Shown here: positions 51,901 through 64,000 of the stretch, piece by piece
Layout: each line of letters opens with the position of its first letter
Numbering within the stretch: position 1 is the stretch's first letter
NCBI RefSeq assembly: GCF_964355755.1
Contig: NC_092671.1
Location: forward strand, 15,190,001 to 15,254,000
Direction: 5' to 3'
Origin: Antedon mediterranea
Taxonomy: Eukaryota; Animalia; Echinodermata
Length of the DNA stretch: 64,000 nucleotides
Program-made: the position numbers and the translations under genes
Notes under the pieces: model-generated
What the model saw: only the letters and a program-made list of their open reading frames with translations
The model's database searches: none
What the model was told of the DNA's origin: nothing

Positions 51901-54900
51901 GATGTTCTTTTTTTTTTTTTTTTAATTCAGTATATTACACAGAGGCGCCTTACAAGATGGAACCATCTTAGCTTCAAGGCGCCTCAGATTAACAAATACA
52001 ACATTTTAAAACAACTAACAGAAACATCAATTAAATCTTCCAGAATTAACAAGAAATTTACATAATAAAATAATAATTTTTAAAATTGTCAATGAATTTG
52101 AAATGAAATTGAAAAAGTGCGAATTTCAAGATAGGACACTTACTACTTAGAACTGGTATTGGTAAATAACCTTTTATAATTAATCATATAAAATACATTC
52201 TCAATTATGCAAATAATGGATATTTTTTACAATTTTCAAATAATTTGTCATGTATTACGTGAACTAAAAGAGTGTGAAGTTCAAGATATAACACAATACT
52301 ACTTAGAACTGGTATTGGTAAAGTAAACTTTTACAATTTGTAATCATACAAAATTCACTATTATGCAAAGTTTAAAATGTAGACGACATTTTTAAACAAA
52401 TAATTTGTTGATTTATTTACGTGAACTGAAAGAGTGCGAATTTGAAAATAGGAAATCAGAGCTTCGTTTCAAATTACAGTGAAAGCGAGGCTTAAAGAAG
52501 GTGTTAAATGATGAAATGTCCCAGTTTGCCAAACAGGACTTTAATATTGAACCCCGCCTATTTGAATCTAGGTTAAAGTATAAATTTAGAAGATAAATAA
52601 ATAAACTCTCAATAACTTAAATTCCAAAGGGACGTCCTTACCCAGAAGTATGACACTGCTAATTATAATCATCACATGATTTTTTTAAATGTAAACTTGT
52701 AAAAAAAACACTTTAATTAGAAGAAATCAGTGCCACTCTCGTGTGTTTATTAATTTCATTTTGACATAGTTTCATGATAAACAGCGTAAACATTGTCATT
52801 GTTTTCCTTTGTAATTTAATTTTTTAAATTGAGATCCAGTTTACTGTTACCAATACTTTTTACTCAATAATTAGTTATTTTATTAGTTTGTATGTAAAAA
52901 TGCACCTTCTATCAGGGTTGTATCACTAAACAGGTATTAAACAATTCCAGAATTGTGTAAATAAATCATGAATACACTTTGCTGAATTACCTGAATTACC
53001 ACTATATTGAATATGTGGAATACAAGAAAAAATATGAAATATCTTGAATATAAATGTATATCACAAATATTATCGTCCACAAGATGGCTATTTCTATTCC
53101 GATAGACAGATCCAGAAGAAAAACCACTACATGTCACTCAAACAAACTATACTAAAAATAGATTTGCTTTATGTGTTTCAAACAATATATTTAGCAAATC
53201 AAAATAAATTATCAAAGGACAAAGCAAAGCTGAGTGAGCTTGTCTAACAGAAAAGTAGGCCAGTTAAAAGACTTCTCAGAAAAAAAAACAAGAACAAAAG
53301 AAAAAAAGTGCAACACATAAGGTGTCTATGTGCTTGCAAGCAGGCAGGCAGAGTGAATCCAAACTCAAATTGAAGGTTTTAAAAAAGTTACAAATGAGTC
53401 ACAGGGCAAAATATATACAACCTACAAAGTTGAATAACAATCCATTAAGAAAACATTAGTTTCCATAGGTCATTTTGTATGCTGTTTGTGATTCCTTATT
53501 AAGAAATTTAAATACAGTATTTACAAATTTCCATATACCCAACTGTAAATGTAAACGATTGCGCATAGGTGTGGAAAACACATACCACAACTTTCTTCTT
53601 CTTTAAGGATTCCTTTGTGTCGAATGCTGCCACCAAATGGTGTCCGTTCGTTTGTCCACGTCGACAGGGAATGCATGGACTAGTACACCGGGGCACCCCT
53701 TAATCTTCCGAAAGATGTGTACAACCTCCAGTTTTAAATCGTTATCTAAGAAGACTTTTCTATCAGCAGAACAATGGTCGAGGAGTGCCTTGAACCTGTG
53801 CCGATTGTATAGCTATTGTTTGCGGCGCCCTTGACTTAACCGCTCGGCCACTCGACTCAACTTGACCAAGGTCTGTAAAGCCACTTGTCAATTTCAACTA
53901 CATGTTTACACTTCGGCAACACCCATGGTTCTCACTCCGACCGTTTTTCCAATTTTTGTACAATTACAATGTACTCATAATGATATTCATGCAAAAGCTA
54001 AATGGTTTCAAACTAAATATTCAGTTTTAATTTTATCATCCATTGAATAGAAGTAAAATACCTGTCCATATCTAGCAGCTATATGGAGGAGAGACCATCT
54101 ATTGTCCTGAACCTCCAACTCCGCAACTGAACTGGTTTCACTTATCAACCATTCCATACACATCTTCTGCCCATGCTATGTAAATAAAAGAAGAAATTAT
54201 AATAGTTGGACCATGGAGGTATAAATAATTGTATAACTCCATGGTTGGTTGGAGGGAGGACGGTTATTAAACATAATTGATAAAACAATACTGTATTTAG
54301 CAGAATTTTGATAACATCTGTCTACCAATTCTGGTGGTGGACATTTGATTTCATTCACAATATACATTGTATAACATGTGAATGTATATATTTTGTGAAC
54401 AACCACCATTGCAATATAATGACATATAAACAATAAATTTGTAAACAAATTAAACACACTGATATAAATAAAGAAGTTTTGTAAATAGATTTTCAAGAAA
54501 TAGATATGATCTAGTAGGGATGCAACAGGTCTCTTAGGACCATTCAGTCGTTAATTTTGACCTTGAATGCAGGCCAAAAAACAGATATTATTATTACAAA
54601 CAATAATTATATTTTTTTATAAATATAATATAATAATTATAGTTCAGTGGAATTCAACACCTGTATGACGCCAATAAGTATCTTATTTCAAATCTAATAA
54701 ATGTTTGACAGATAGAGATCCGATTGGCTAATTAATTTACCAATAGGAAACTCTAAATTAACACTACACTATCAACAGCTGCAATAAACACATTTTAATA
54801 CCTAATAATTTAAAAGTAAATTCAGGCTCGATATTGGAGATAATCCAAAAGATAATGACTTTAAACTATGCAACTCCACCCATATAAAGTCATGGCTGTA

Positions 54901-57900
54901 TGAATATTATAAACGTTGTCATTGGATATGCAAACAACAAGATAATACGCCATAAACCATAACTCTCTAGGGGGATAAACCGTGATCATCATTATCTGAA
55001 GACTGACTTCTTTATCGTGTTGTACAGTGCCAGGTACAGTAATATTGTAGCGGCTGAATACATATTACAAATAGATAGAGTAGCATGCCCAAGGATACAA
55101 GTTATGACCAACTGATGATTGAACTTTTGATCTCAGGCCTTAAGATATATGCTTTACCATTGCGCCACACTTTTCAAATTCCCAAGTGGTATGCACTACT
55201 TCTTTTAAGCTCTACTGGTTCTAATGTGTAACTGACTCCGTAAACAATTAATTCATTCTTGTTGGAGATACATTCCAAATATAGAATTTTTAAATAAAAG
55301 CACATGATAAATCATAATTAACGCAATTATCAGTTAATTAAAAAATCAAAATGTCTACTGGTCAAATCAGGTCATTTACCTAAACAGGGTTCAATCACTG
55401 TAGATAGCACATTTTCACTGTTCAACGAGACACTTTATCTTTTTATTCAGGTGTTCACCTTGTATTTTCTCCACACCCACGTGCTCATACATAGGTGCAT
55501 ACTGATAAGTAGAAACAGCATCTATTACAGTACCGTAAAACCATGAAAAGAAGCCCATGGGCTTAAACCTCGAAAAGAAGCCCCCCTTTACAGTTTGCAA
55601 AAGGACTCTTGAAAAGAAGCCCATCTCGAAATGAAGCCCCCTGGGCTTCTTTTCAAGATAGTATGGGCTTCTTTTCGAGATAGACTACTATACTGTATTA
55701 AGAATGTAGGTTTATTAACTGAACGTCAAAGGAACAGAAATAAACAATACAAACACGTGATTAAGAGTTACTGTAGTAGGATAATTTAATGCCAGATACT
55801 TAAATAATTAATATGTATGATCGCGTTTATCATACATTTATTTTACAGTTTATTGTCGTCCAAATGGTGCTTTGATCGCATCTTGTATCTTTGTCTTGTC
55901 TGCTTCGTTGGAAAATATGTAAAATCGGCAGGGAATTTCCACAAATGATTGTATTCCGGTGAATCATAGGACTGTTTTTTTTTTTGCTTTTTATATTGTT
56001 TTTTTAATTGGTATATTAAACATAATTTCATGATTAAAAAAATTTCTCAAAAGTCATATTATTGTAGTAGAAATTCACAAAATTTACAGCATGCATTTCG
56101 AAAAGAAGCCCCCCTCTACAGTTTGCAAAAGTACTCTCGAAAAGAAGCCCATCTCGAAAAGAAGCCCATCTCGAAAAGAAGCCCACCCAAGGGCACTAAA
56201 AAAAGAAGCCCATGGGCTTCTTTTCGAGGTTTTACGGTATATCTACTAATAATCTAATGTCTAATTTTTCTACAAAACAGATATTTTTACAATAACTATT
56301 TTGATTCTCTTTTCATATACATATACAAAATACCAAATCATATTTTAATTTTAAAGTTGTTTTAATGTATAGTTTTGTTTTTGCCAAGGAAGCTCTAAAA
56401 TATTGCTGTTTAATGTCCTTCGAGATGATATACGGCAAGATTTGTTTGCGTCTTTACCGCTAGCAAACATAAAGTACAAGGCTACTATAAAAAAACTCAC
56501 TAGTATTTCCAAACAGAACACTGTAGCTTCATAAGGCTTCAATATTGTTTGAAAGTTTGCATTGGTTATTTTGTTATGGTGATCATCACAAATAATGAGA
56601 TCCCACATTTTGTTTTGCATGATTCAGGAAAGTAAGTGGGAGAATTACATTTTGATTACAGTATTTAGTATTTACAGAAAACAATATTTCTTCCAATTAC
56701 TTGGTTGGGGAAACAATTATTCCATTCAGTATTAAATGAATGGAAGTAGGCCTACCTCAGAAACCATTTGGCTTATTTTAGAGCTTGAAACACATCAATC
56801 TGAAACTCTTGCAAACATAACTCATGTGAAATTCCTATCCTGGATGATGCCTATGATGTTGTCAATGTATAGCTTAAACAGTCCGCGGTTTGTCGGCAGA
56901 AAAGATAAAGAGTTTGATGTCAGAATAAAGCATATCCTTCTAATTATTTAATCTATAATTTACCATACCTTAACTGCCAATGCTGTGGGCGTTAAACAGT
57001 CATTATTTTCCCTCTGTAGAAGATCAGGACTGACTCTTGCTAAGAGATACTGCAGACACTCCAAGTGGCTGAACTTTGCAGCTACGTGCAGCAGCGTGTT
57101 GCCCTTTAAGTCCGATATACTGCATAGGCTTTCATTTGAATCTAGAAAGTATTTCTAAAAAGGAAAATATTTGATGTGTATGTTTATCTTTATCAAAGTG
57201 TCATCCGGATGTAATAAATTAAAATGGAAAAGTTTCGCTTTGTTGATCCAAATAGGAAACATTAATGTTGTATATCGAAATGCTTCACTGAATATTGTAT
57301 AAGCTTCTTTTAATATTAAGCATCTAGTCTCGTATGACATCATTTCAGTATGACATCATCTCAATATAACATTTGGATGTTTCGTCATACCTACTGGATC
57401 GGAATCTGTTAACATTAACAGCTCTTAAAATTCATAATACGTAGTGAAACAAATACAAAACTGTATGCTAAATGTTTTTATATATTTAGGCAAATTGCCA
57501 AGGATAACCATAAGCGAATTCATTCACTATCTTCTGAAAGGTGGCAATCCCGTTCACAAGACATACATATACACAAGATGCTCAACATAGATAAAGTTTT
57601 ATTACAAGTCTTTGGGAGTGGAGTTGTAATTTGTCATTAGAACAAATCCTGACATATGACAGGACTTGAACCCAGGACCCTCGGATTGGTAGCCAACTAT
57701 AATGATGGCAGCTGAAACAAATAGTATGCAAGCAGAACATGTATTTGTAAGTTTAGAGTTTGCGCAAACAAGCTGCTGCTGCACGGCAACAACCATTAGT
57801 TAAATCTACAAAGGTGGAATAAAAAATGAACATTATTTACCATTTTGTTCAAATCACCATTCATTGTAGCTTTCACAAGCAATCTTTCATTACTCAACTG

Positions 57901-60900
57901 CTTTTCATAATTGTCCTTTGAGGGCGCTTTTGAAGGAATCCTGTCTTCAGTTGTTGACTGTTTGACATGGCGATCTTGAGGTGGCACATTCTCTTTATGT
58001 TTGGTCTTTGATCTGGGAGAGTTTTTGATTTCGGTACCTAACAGTTTTCCTACTAAAAATTGGTATAAAAATAGTATTACTATGTTTAGAAAGAATAATG
58101 TCTTATTAGCGTAACTGCAAGATGGTCTCCTATTGTACCAAGGTCATGAGTTCAAATGAACGCCACCCTCCCCTCACTGTGACTGAATAAGAAAAGCATC
58201 TCTGTGAATAGAATATCACCTATTGGAAGAATGATTCAATTCATTAAACCAATTAAGAATTATATATAATTTTTTTCACATGCATCCAACAGCTATGGAG
58301 GAAAATAAATGTTTTTTGAATTGAATTGAATTGAATTGAACATGCCAATTACAGTATGGATAAACTATTTTATAACTGATCGTGCTTATAAAAGTCTCAT
58401 TTGAGGCTTAGGCAGTGGAGTTAAAAGATTCTTGAGTCACAACTCTGGCACTAGGTCAGTATTTAACTCTAGACCTTGGGATTGGAAGGCAAGAACGTTA
58501 ACCACCAAGCTACAGCTCCACCACTACATCACCACAATTTCTCTTTGGCCATTATTTCGGTAAAATATCTTGAGTCCATTCTTAAGGTCCTGTTATTAAC
58601 TGTTAACTTTTTTCTTTTATACTATAGTGAAAATTGTTTTACTTATATGGCAATAAACATTAAATGCTATTGTTCCTAAATAAACAAAAGTCTTCAGGTC
58701 AGTTACAATAAAATCTTGTTATACTACCTGATTTCTTTTCTGTTCCATTTGTTCTATGAGTTGGTAATTTTTGTTTCTCATCTTGAATTGATTTGTCAAC
58801 AGTTACTGATGAACTGTCCTTACATTTATCCGTTCCTGTTTCAGTTTTTTGTTCTGTTTGTCGAGTTGTTCGATATACTTTTGAGCTTTTTAACAAATTT
58901 GCTACTAGTACTTTCAATTGTTTTGTTTTGCTGAATTTTACCTTACTATTACCACCTGGTGAATGCCAGTCAGTGCTGTTATCACCGTTTCTGTATTTAT
59001 CAGTTTTCCCATTTTTAATATTCCGTTTACGCTTTTGTTTTGAAAGATGTTCATCGTATTTGGATATTGCTTCAAATTCTTCAATGAATTTTTGCAATTC
59101 CTCTGAATTGATATCAAAATTCAATACATCATTATCAATTTCGGTTGAGTTTGTTGCGAGTAACGAGTCAAATAGCGCCTCCTTTTCATCGACATCATCC
59201 CCTTTGATTGTATCATGTGACTGATTACCGTTAATAGTTTCCTCTAAGATGGTTTTTGTTCCGTCCATGCATTCAGTTAGATCAATCGATGGTAAACCAA
59301 GTAAATATGTTTCAGTATTCATTGCCTCTTTATGTTCAGGAGACGTAAAGAGAAGAGCGTCTGTAAAATACAAACAAATTTGATCAAATAAAATATACAA
59401 TGATCAGAATAAATTCAATACTGTAAGACAAAATGCTAAAGAAAACAAATACAGTATGCAATAAACTTTGTATATATTTACATAAAAACCCAGAAGTAAT
59501 TGATCAACAAATGAAATCAGTGATTAGTAGCATATGATACATATATTACGTAAATGTAAAACAAACAATATACATCCTAATTAGCATATGATAACAAATT
59601 TATTTCCTAATAGACATACTCACAACCAAATACTTATTATCATACCACAGAAGCATAGATCACTGACAGATATGTAGTATTAGATTCGTTGACATCGTCA
59701 TTAGTAAATATATTATGTTAACCAAAACGTTCAATCGCAATGAGCTTATAGCATACCAAGAGAATTACTCTGCGCAAACCAGAACATTTGACTAAATGTC
59801 ATGAAAAATAAAACTGACATTTACAGTACTATGATTAAATTACACCGAGAAGCGTAACATTTCAATGCATCTCAACATTTTCTGAGATGTCTGAATATAC
59901 AGTTTTATAAAATAGCTTTTGAAATAGAAATAAAGTATTTTATTATAAATATTCCATTATAAATAGCTATAAGAAAAATAAAATATTTCAATAATCAAGC
60001 AAAATGTAGAAATGTGTGAAAACCAGATGTAAGATGGTTATAAGGATGAATATTCATGAGATATACATATAAGCACAGCAAACCACATGATTTATTACTC
60101 TACCTCCATTGGCTGATTGCCTCAAATGTTTGCCTTTACAATGAAAACAAAAACATAAATATAAAAAAAATATATAAATCATGCAAATGTGCAGATTACT
60201 AAAAATTTTAATCTGAAAATAACAAATTATAATAAATCATAAATTAGATGTAAAAGTAAATTTGGATTATGAAAAATCAAAATTTTAAATAAATTAAGAG
60301 GAGACACAGTAAAACTAAAATGTCTTCTCTCCACAATCAGTACACTCTAATCCTAAATGTAATAGTACATGAATAACGTTGTATACTGTCAATATATAGT
60401 TGTACTCTAAATGTCTGAAACTTGAAAACACGCATTAAATCAACAAAGTTATCGCAAAATGTTCATTTTATCAATTTTTATTAATTTTATCAATTCTGAT
60501 ATCTAAGTGTATTAGTGGCAATACAGAAAACATAGATTTTGCTGTATCATACTCATGTAAACCTGGCATTCCAATCTTGTTTAAATCCCAAGTTTCCTTA
60601 GCACACTTCAGGGAAATCTCCACACATTATTTTACAGAAAACCCTATCCATGTACCTCTCAATGACTTATTCCATTACTTGTATTACATATGTCTACTCA
60701 ATGTAAGCCTGGCTGCTTCCAAGTTTCCTTCATCGCTAATATCCCAATACTTATATTAGCAAAGGTCTACTCATGAAAACCTGGTTTTATTTCCCTTACA
60801 ATCTATATAAATTATCTACCAAAACCTCTATTCAAGGACCTTTCTTTAACGGATAATGGATTCATATTTATATAGCTTATTTAAATACAATCTTTCAATG

Positions 60901-62661
60901 TGCAGAGTATTAGACATATACAATAACTTTTATCTCCGAAAGAGTTCCTTCATGCCATCAAACGGCACTGCTTCTGTCCACAACGACAAAGACGAGATGG
61001 ACCAATATGCTGGGGCAACAACATACTTTCCCAACAGTTCATATGAGGATCTTTATTTGTCAAAAAATATCAATAACCCAGCAAATAAATATCAAATAAC
61101 TTGTAGCTAATAAACTATTCTTAAATCTAAAGACATTTTATAGTGATAATCTGGTTAAAGTCATGTCATTAATTCTTCTAAAAAGTTTACTTGTAAGTTC
61201 TTTATAATCTAGATAACGCTGTTAACCCCTACCAATATAGATCCTATTTAAAGAAATAAAATTGTATAATTAGCAGGGTTCAGATAATGACTGACCTTTG
61301 ACATTCCTTTACCTTTACTCCCAGAAGCTAGGATAAAGAAAATCAATACACCTAATATCTCTTAAGCTCATTAAGAATAAAAGCTTATTAAAGTAAGTAC
61401 ACTTTTATAAAGACTAACAACTTTCTATCTAATTAAGGACTTAGGATACCGTACAGCTTACTGTTAGCACTAGACCTAGTTCTACAACATTCCATAAGAT
61501 ATAATCATCAAGTACTTTTATATTAATTGAAATTTCTATTCTTCAGGACATTTTAGATTTAGGTTTTTAGGTCCCCTTAATGTACTATGTATAAATGTAT
61601 ATAAGGAAAATGTGGTAAATCAAAACAGAGAATTATACATCCATCTTTACCCAATGTGTATGAAGATACAAATGACTTTTCTTTCTATCAACCAATTACA
61701 CAATAGCGTGCATTTTCTTGATGTTTTCCTCAAAATTAGTCCATACAATACATGCGTTGTAGACTAACGGGATTTGAGAAAAACCCAGGATAAGAAGAAT
61801 AATTGCAAGAAAACTAGGCTAAAAAGAAAGCTCTCCCAGTGGGAAATACTGCACTTGGCTTTCAGAACCTCAATTCCAACTGCTGTCTGTTTCAATTGAT
61901 GGCAATTTATCAAAGATTATTTTTTACTGACAATGATAAAAAAAAAGGAATATCATTGTAATTTTCAACCAAAGTTTATTACACACATTTATAAAATAAC
62001 GTAGTGTGGTAATTTTAATATTACTGTATGGACATTTTACAAATGACTGTACTGTTGAAAGTTTGTCACAATAATGCAATGTTTGTGAAGGCCAGTACTT
62101 AGTGTTACTTGATGATCTATAAAGAGCTTATCTAAAGAGTTGCATGAGAATCTCAACTTAAGTTGAAAAACACAAGGGCCCTAGTAATACAGTAGATGCT
62201 GAAACTGCGGACAGAGCTGCAAAGACTGGCATACAATCACCTACACACACAGAATACAAACAGCTCATAATGAGTCCAAAACAAGCTGTCTGTATAAATT
62301 AAAATCATTTTGAATATATTTTGTTGTAAAGATTAAACTTTATTGATTTTATGATTGATTATAATAGATTTATTTCACTGGGACATACTTTATTGTAAAG
62401 AATAAACTGCATTAATGTCATAATTAATTATAACAGATTTATTAAATTAATATAATTAATTGTGATGTTTTAATATACAGAATACATTTTTTTTAAATAA
62501 AAAAATAATTACTAATTGATACCTTCAGAGGCCTCTGGATCATTCTGCATCACTTGTGCGGCAATGTAAGGAAAATGTCGTGCCAAGTAATCCATTTCAT
62601 CCTCCTCATTGTTAAAGTTTTCAAAATCATACTCCTCAGCATCTTGGCCATCCTCTGTTTC
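27846..62661 (-). CDS. SNCAIP: Synphilin-1 homologue (ankyrin repeats + coiled coil), 5'-partial, ~1147 aa in window
   Basis: Exons in transcript order: 62523-62661, 60104-60133 (tentative), 58728-59360, 57841-58049, 56969-57154, 54062-54175, 39046-39171, 35374-35543, 34339-34381, 32961-33118, 31868-32059, 30256-31555, 29502-29581, 27846-27909; all GT-AG, phases compatible, 3444 nt. GHLPCVQTLVEY...CAQFLVVVEACSTLSDQVVRLQRELRE matches the recalled synphilin-1 segment CIQTLVEY...CSRYLVVVETCMSLASQVVKLTKQLKE. Confidence 0.88.
29502..29581 (-). CDS. SNCAIP: Synphilin-like exon
   Basis: TDEVGDFGDMDSTWNETASDDTHSRA; TTTACAG acceptor, GTAAGT donor. Confidence 0.78.
30256..31555 (-). CDS. SNCAIP: Synphilin-like large low-complexity exon
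   Basis: Within the 449-aa ORF 30232-31581; TTTTCCAG acceptor, GTAAGA donor. Confidence 0.88.
31868..32059 (-). CDS. SNCAIP: Synphilin-like exon
   Basis: AQAKEKADLLNDVCDCLVNECSNRRSPEGSELQKIENTIQRIQEPYQRPTVSSDEPHQPMNLL; phase 2-2. Confidence 0.8.
32961..33118 (-). CDS. SNCAIP: Synphilin-like coiled-coil exon
   Basis: AVTCTDGLIQMQKTDLMKKVDEVRAEYKSLTSMLIKKLDMMHLQSKDKDSNS; TTTTCTAG acceptor, GTGAGT donor. Confidence 0.85.
34126..34286 (+). mobile_element. MITE family A, full copy, TA-flanked
   Basis: TA|AAGCGTGGTTCCCACTAG...CTAGTGGGAACCAAGCTT|TA with internal hairpin AATCACAAGCGA..TCGCTTGTGATT; nested in a mariner-type remnant. Confidence 0.88.
34339..34381 (-). CDS. SNCAIP: Synphilin-like short coiled-coil exon
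   Basis: (E)IEQENTVLKSRLDD; TTTTTCCTCAACAG acceptor, GTAAGA donor. Confidence 0.82.
35374..35543 (-). CDS. SNCAIP: Synphilin-like exon (last ankyrin repeat and start of coiled coil)
   Basis: TLVEYNQDITLLNKKQQTPCTLALKHGFSSCAQFLVVVEACSTLSDQVVRLQRELR. Confidence 0.93.
35908..36087 (-). mobile_element. Penelope-like terminal-repeat remnant with hammerhead-like motif
   Basis: Minus strand CTGAGAA-a-GGGC-taatgtt-GTCC-GAAA-GCTT, followed ~70 nt later by the block shared with 14065 and 26586. Confidence 0.6.
36755..37072. mobile_element. Possible Kolobok-like non-autonomous element
   Basis: TTAA|AGGATATATTCC ... GCTCTCCCT|TTAA; TIR match is weak. Confidence 0.3.
39046..39171 (-). CDS. SNCAIP: Synphilin-like ankyrin exon
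   Basis: ESCLRWLLSYMLNEDLPLDVLDNKGNTPAHLSAKYGHLPCVQ. Confidence 0.93.
42493..42653 (-). mobile_element. MITE family A, full copy, opposite orientation to 34126
   Basis: Reverse complement of 34126-34286 with only a few substitutions; TA-flanked. Confidence 0.88.
45554..45869. repeat. Local tandem duplication (period ~190 bp, second copy internally deleted)
   Basis: TTATAATAAAACTTTAAATAACTGTT...TCTAATCTTCACCAATCAGATTAAAGTATT occurs from ~45554 and ~45743. Confidence 0.85.
51838..52450. repeat. Three degenerate ~160-bp tandem units; the first is interrupted by a poly(A)-tailed retroposon 3' end (~51907-52080, minus strand)
   Basis: TACTTAGAACTGGTA at ~51838, 52143, 52300; poly-T followed by stem-loop GAGGCGCCTT...AAGGCGCCTC. 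Confidence 0.65.
53680..53858 (-). mobile_element. Divergent, internally deleted copy of the tRNA/Deu SINE
   Basis: AACCGCTCGGCCACTC A-box end, AGAAGAC..TTCTA..A.CAGAAC.ATGG and TACACCGGGG..CCCCT blocks shared with 11505-11824. Confidence 0.7.
54062..54175 (-). CDS. SNCAIP: Synphilin-like ankyrin exon
   Basis: HGQKMCMEWLISETSSVAELEVQDNRWSLLHIAARYGQ; phase 0-0. Confidence 0.9.
55531..56239. mobile_element. Non-autonomous Tc2/pogo-like (Tc1/mariner superfamily) element, ~710 bp
   Basis: TA|CCGTAAAACCATGAAAAGAAGCCCATGGGCTT ... AAGCCCATGGGCTTCTTTTCGAGGTTTTACGG|TA, with multiple subterminal GAAAAGAAGCCC repeats at both ends. Confidence 0.85.
56969..57154 (-). CDS. SNCAIP: Synphilin-like ankyrin exon
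   Basis: KYFLDSNESLCSISDLKGNTLLHVAAKFSHLECLQYLLARVSPDLLQRENNDCLTPTALAVK. Confidence 0.92.
57655..57700 (-). mobile_element. tRNA-derived SINE head fragment
   Basis: Minus strand TGGCTACCAATCCGAGGGTCCTGGGTTCAAGTCCTG (B box); similar decayed heads at ~55085-55170, 58455-58520, 62710-62790. Confidence 0.5.
57841..58049 (-). CDS. SNCAIP: Synphilin-like exon
   Basis: KLLGTEIKNSPRSKTKHKENVPPQDRH...ERLLVKATMNGDLNKM; tandem TAGTAG acceptor (alternative start 58052). Confidence 0.85.
58728..59360 (-). CDS. SNCAIP: Synphilin-like N-terminal-region exon
   Basis: Within the 233-aa ORF 58699-59400; TTTTACAG acceptor, GTAGTA donor; phase 1-1. Confidence 0.85.
60104..60133 (-). CDS. Tentative 30-nt microexon
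   Basis: TTGTTTTCATTGTAAAG|GCAAACATTTGAGGCAATCAGCCAATGGAG|GTAGAG; phase 1-1, (G)KHLRQSANG; not required for frame. Confidence 0.45.
60550..61090 (-). mobile_element. Possible decayed LINE (RTE-like) endonuclease remnant
   Basis: Stop-interrupted minus frame reads ..IGILAMKETWKQPG..EVHG*GFL, resembling EEP motifs DILxxQET and HGVGF. Confidence 0.3.
62523..62661 (-). CDS. SNCAIP: Most 5' synphilin-like exon seen in the window
   Basis: ETEDGQDAEEYDFENFNNEEDEMDYLARHFPYIAAQVMQNDPEASE; TTTAACAG acceptor, GTATCA donor; upstream exon(s) lie outside the window. Confidence 0.75.
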
Positions 62662-64000
62662 CTGTTAAATAAAGTAATACAATATATAACAATAACTTTT
62701 CAGTAGAGATGAAGCTTGGTGATTGACATGTTTCAAATCCAAAGGTCCAGTGTTCAATCCTGTCCTAGATCCAGGGTTCAATCCTTCAGGGTTGAAACTC
62801 AGACTCATTCTACTCCACTCCTATAGCTTTGACCATCTTGTTCCTCAATCAATTAGTTTCTAAGATCACTTCTATTCTAATGGCCGCAAGGCCACACGGC
62901 AGATCACAGTTTTTTAGCCTCAATGCTCCAACTTTTTTTAATTCTCTTTCTTTAGACTTGCTTCATTTTACTATTCCTTCCTTGTTTAATTGCTTCCTGT
63001 ATCCTGTCTTTTCTCTATGAGATGGCCAATTTAATTTGTTTTCATTGATTCCCCTTTTGATACTAATTATTCATTTATTTTTTACAATTTTGTGAATGAA
63101 CCACCCTCGTAAAATATTGTTGAAATAAAAAATAAATTTAATTGGCGAGTTTCTTGCTATGCTGTTGGTTGCATATGAAATTTGAAAAAAATAAACAAAT
63201 ATTATACATGTTCATCGGTACGTATTTGCAGTTACTACAGTATATTAACAAATATAAATATTAAAATACATCCATAACATACAGCTATCAAATTAACAGG
63301 GCAAATGAATTCTTATTTAAAGTATTATTATTCTCAGCTTCTCTTAAACTTTGATATTATCACACAAAAATATTTGGCGGTAAAAAACCAAAACAAACAA
63401 TTAATCATATAGACAACATGATCAAATGAGAAACCAGCAAAATTTAAACAAACTAGAATTTAATTCGTCACTTTGACGAATTATAGGTGATCATTTTTAT
63501 CATTTTAATGAAATTAATTTTTTTTTAAACATGTACGTACGTTAACATACGATAGGAAAATGTTGATGTATGCCATCCTATTATACGCTTGTATTGCTGA
63601 GTTATGCCTATTATATGCCATACAATGTACAGTATATACTGTATATTATCTATATACAGTGTAGCATAGGTGAAATTATGGGACACACATCAAGTTCAAA
63701 TTTTTTGGTATGATGGAATTATCAAAATAAACTCGAAGATGACAATTTCGAAAGAGAATGAATTGAGCAAATAAATATAAGGATTGGAAGAGAATTTGAC
63801 ACGTAGAAGCGCAATGCGCGCTCTTTGAAATTTGTATAACTTCGACTAAAGAAATTTAAAAACTACTTTTTAACTTCAACTGGCCATATGATAACATCAC
63901 AACATCCGATAGGCTTAATTTTTATATGAATTCATATCTACATTTCATCAGCTTTCATAATAAATTATAATCTTCAAGGTCACCTTTAATTCTGAGGAGC

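Noticed and set aside
58716-59224. 72-aa and 143-aa plus-strand ORFs
   Set aside because: Antisense shadows of the synphilin exon 58728-59360.

Overview
AT-rich eukaryotic (invertebrate metazoan, probably a marine deuterostome) genomic DNA; the ORF track is mostly uninformative because the genes are spliced. Two convergent multi-exon genes were assembled by hand from GT-AG splice sites with consistent phases. (1) A complete 9-exon, 793-aa type I membrane receptor on + (9301-22137): signal peptide, short EMI-like segment, about 6 EGF/laminin-EGF repeats, one TM helix and a ~480-aa tyrosine-motif-rich tail (MEGF10/CED-1/Draper/SCARF-like). (2) A 5'-truncated synphilin-1 (SNCAIP) homologue on - (62661 down to 27846, 13-14 exons, ankyrin repeats plus coiled coil, one 14.9-kb intron). 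The first 6.6 kb is a modular hairpin-containing satellite, ended by a DINE-1/Helentron-like element and a foldback element. Introns hold a 25-bp minisatellite with an orientation switch, Deu/Nin-domain tRNA-SINEs, several MITE families, a Tc2/pogo-like element and Penelope-like remnants with degenerate hammerhead ribozymes. The most unusual signal is a recurrent TA-GGCC-TA motif that comparison of repeat copies shows arose by insertion at TA sites, like a transposon excision footprint. All calls are by eye; no database searches were run.
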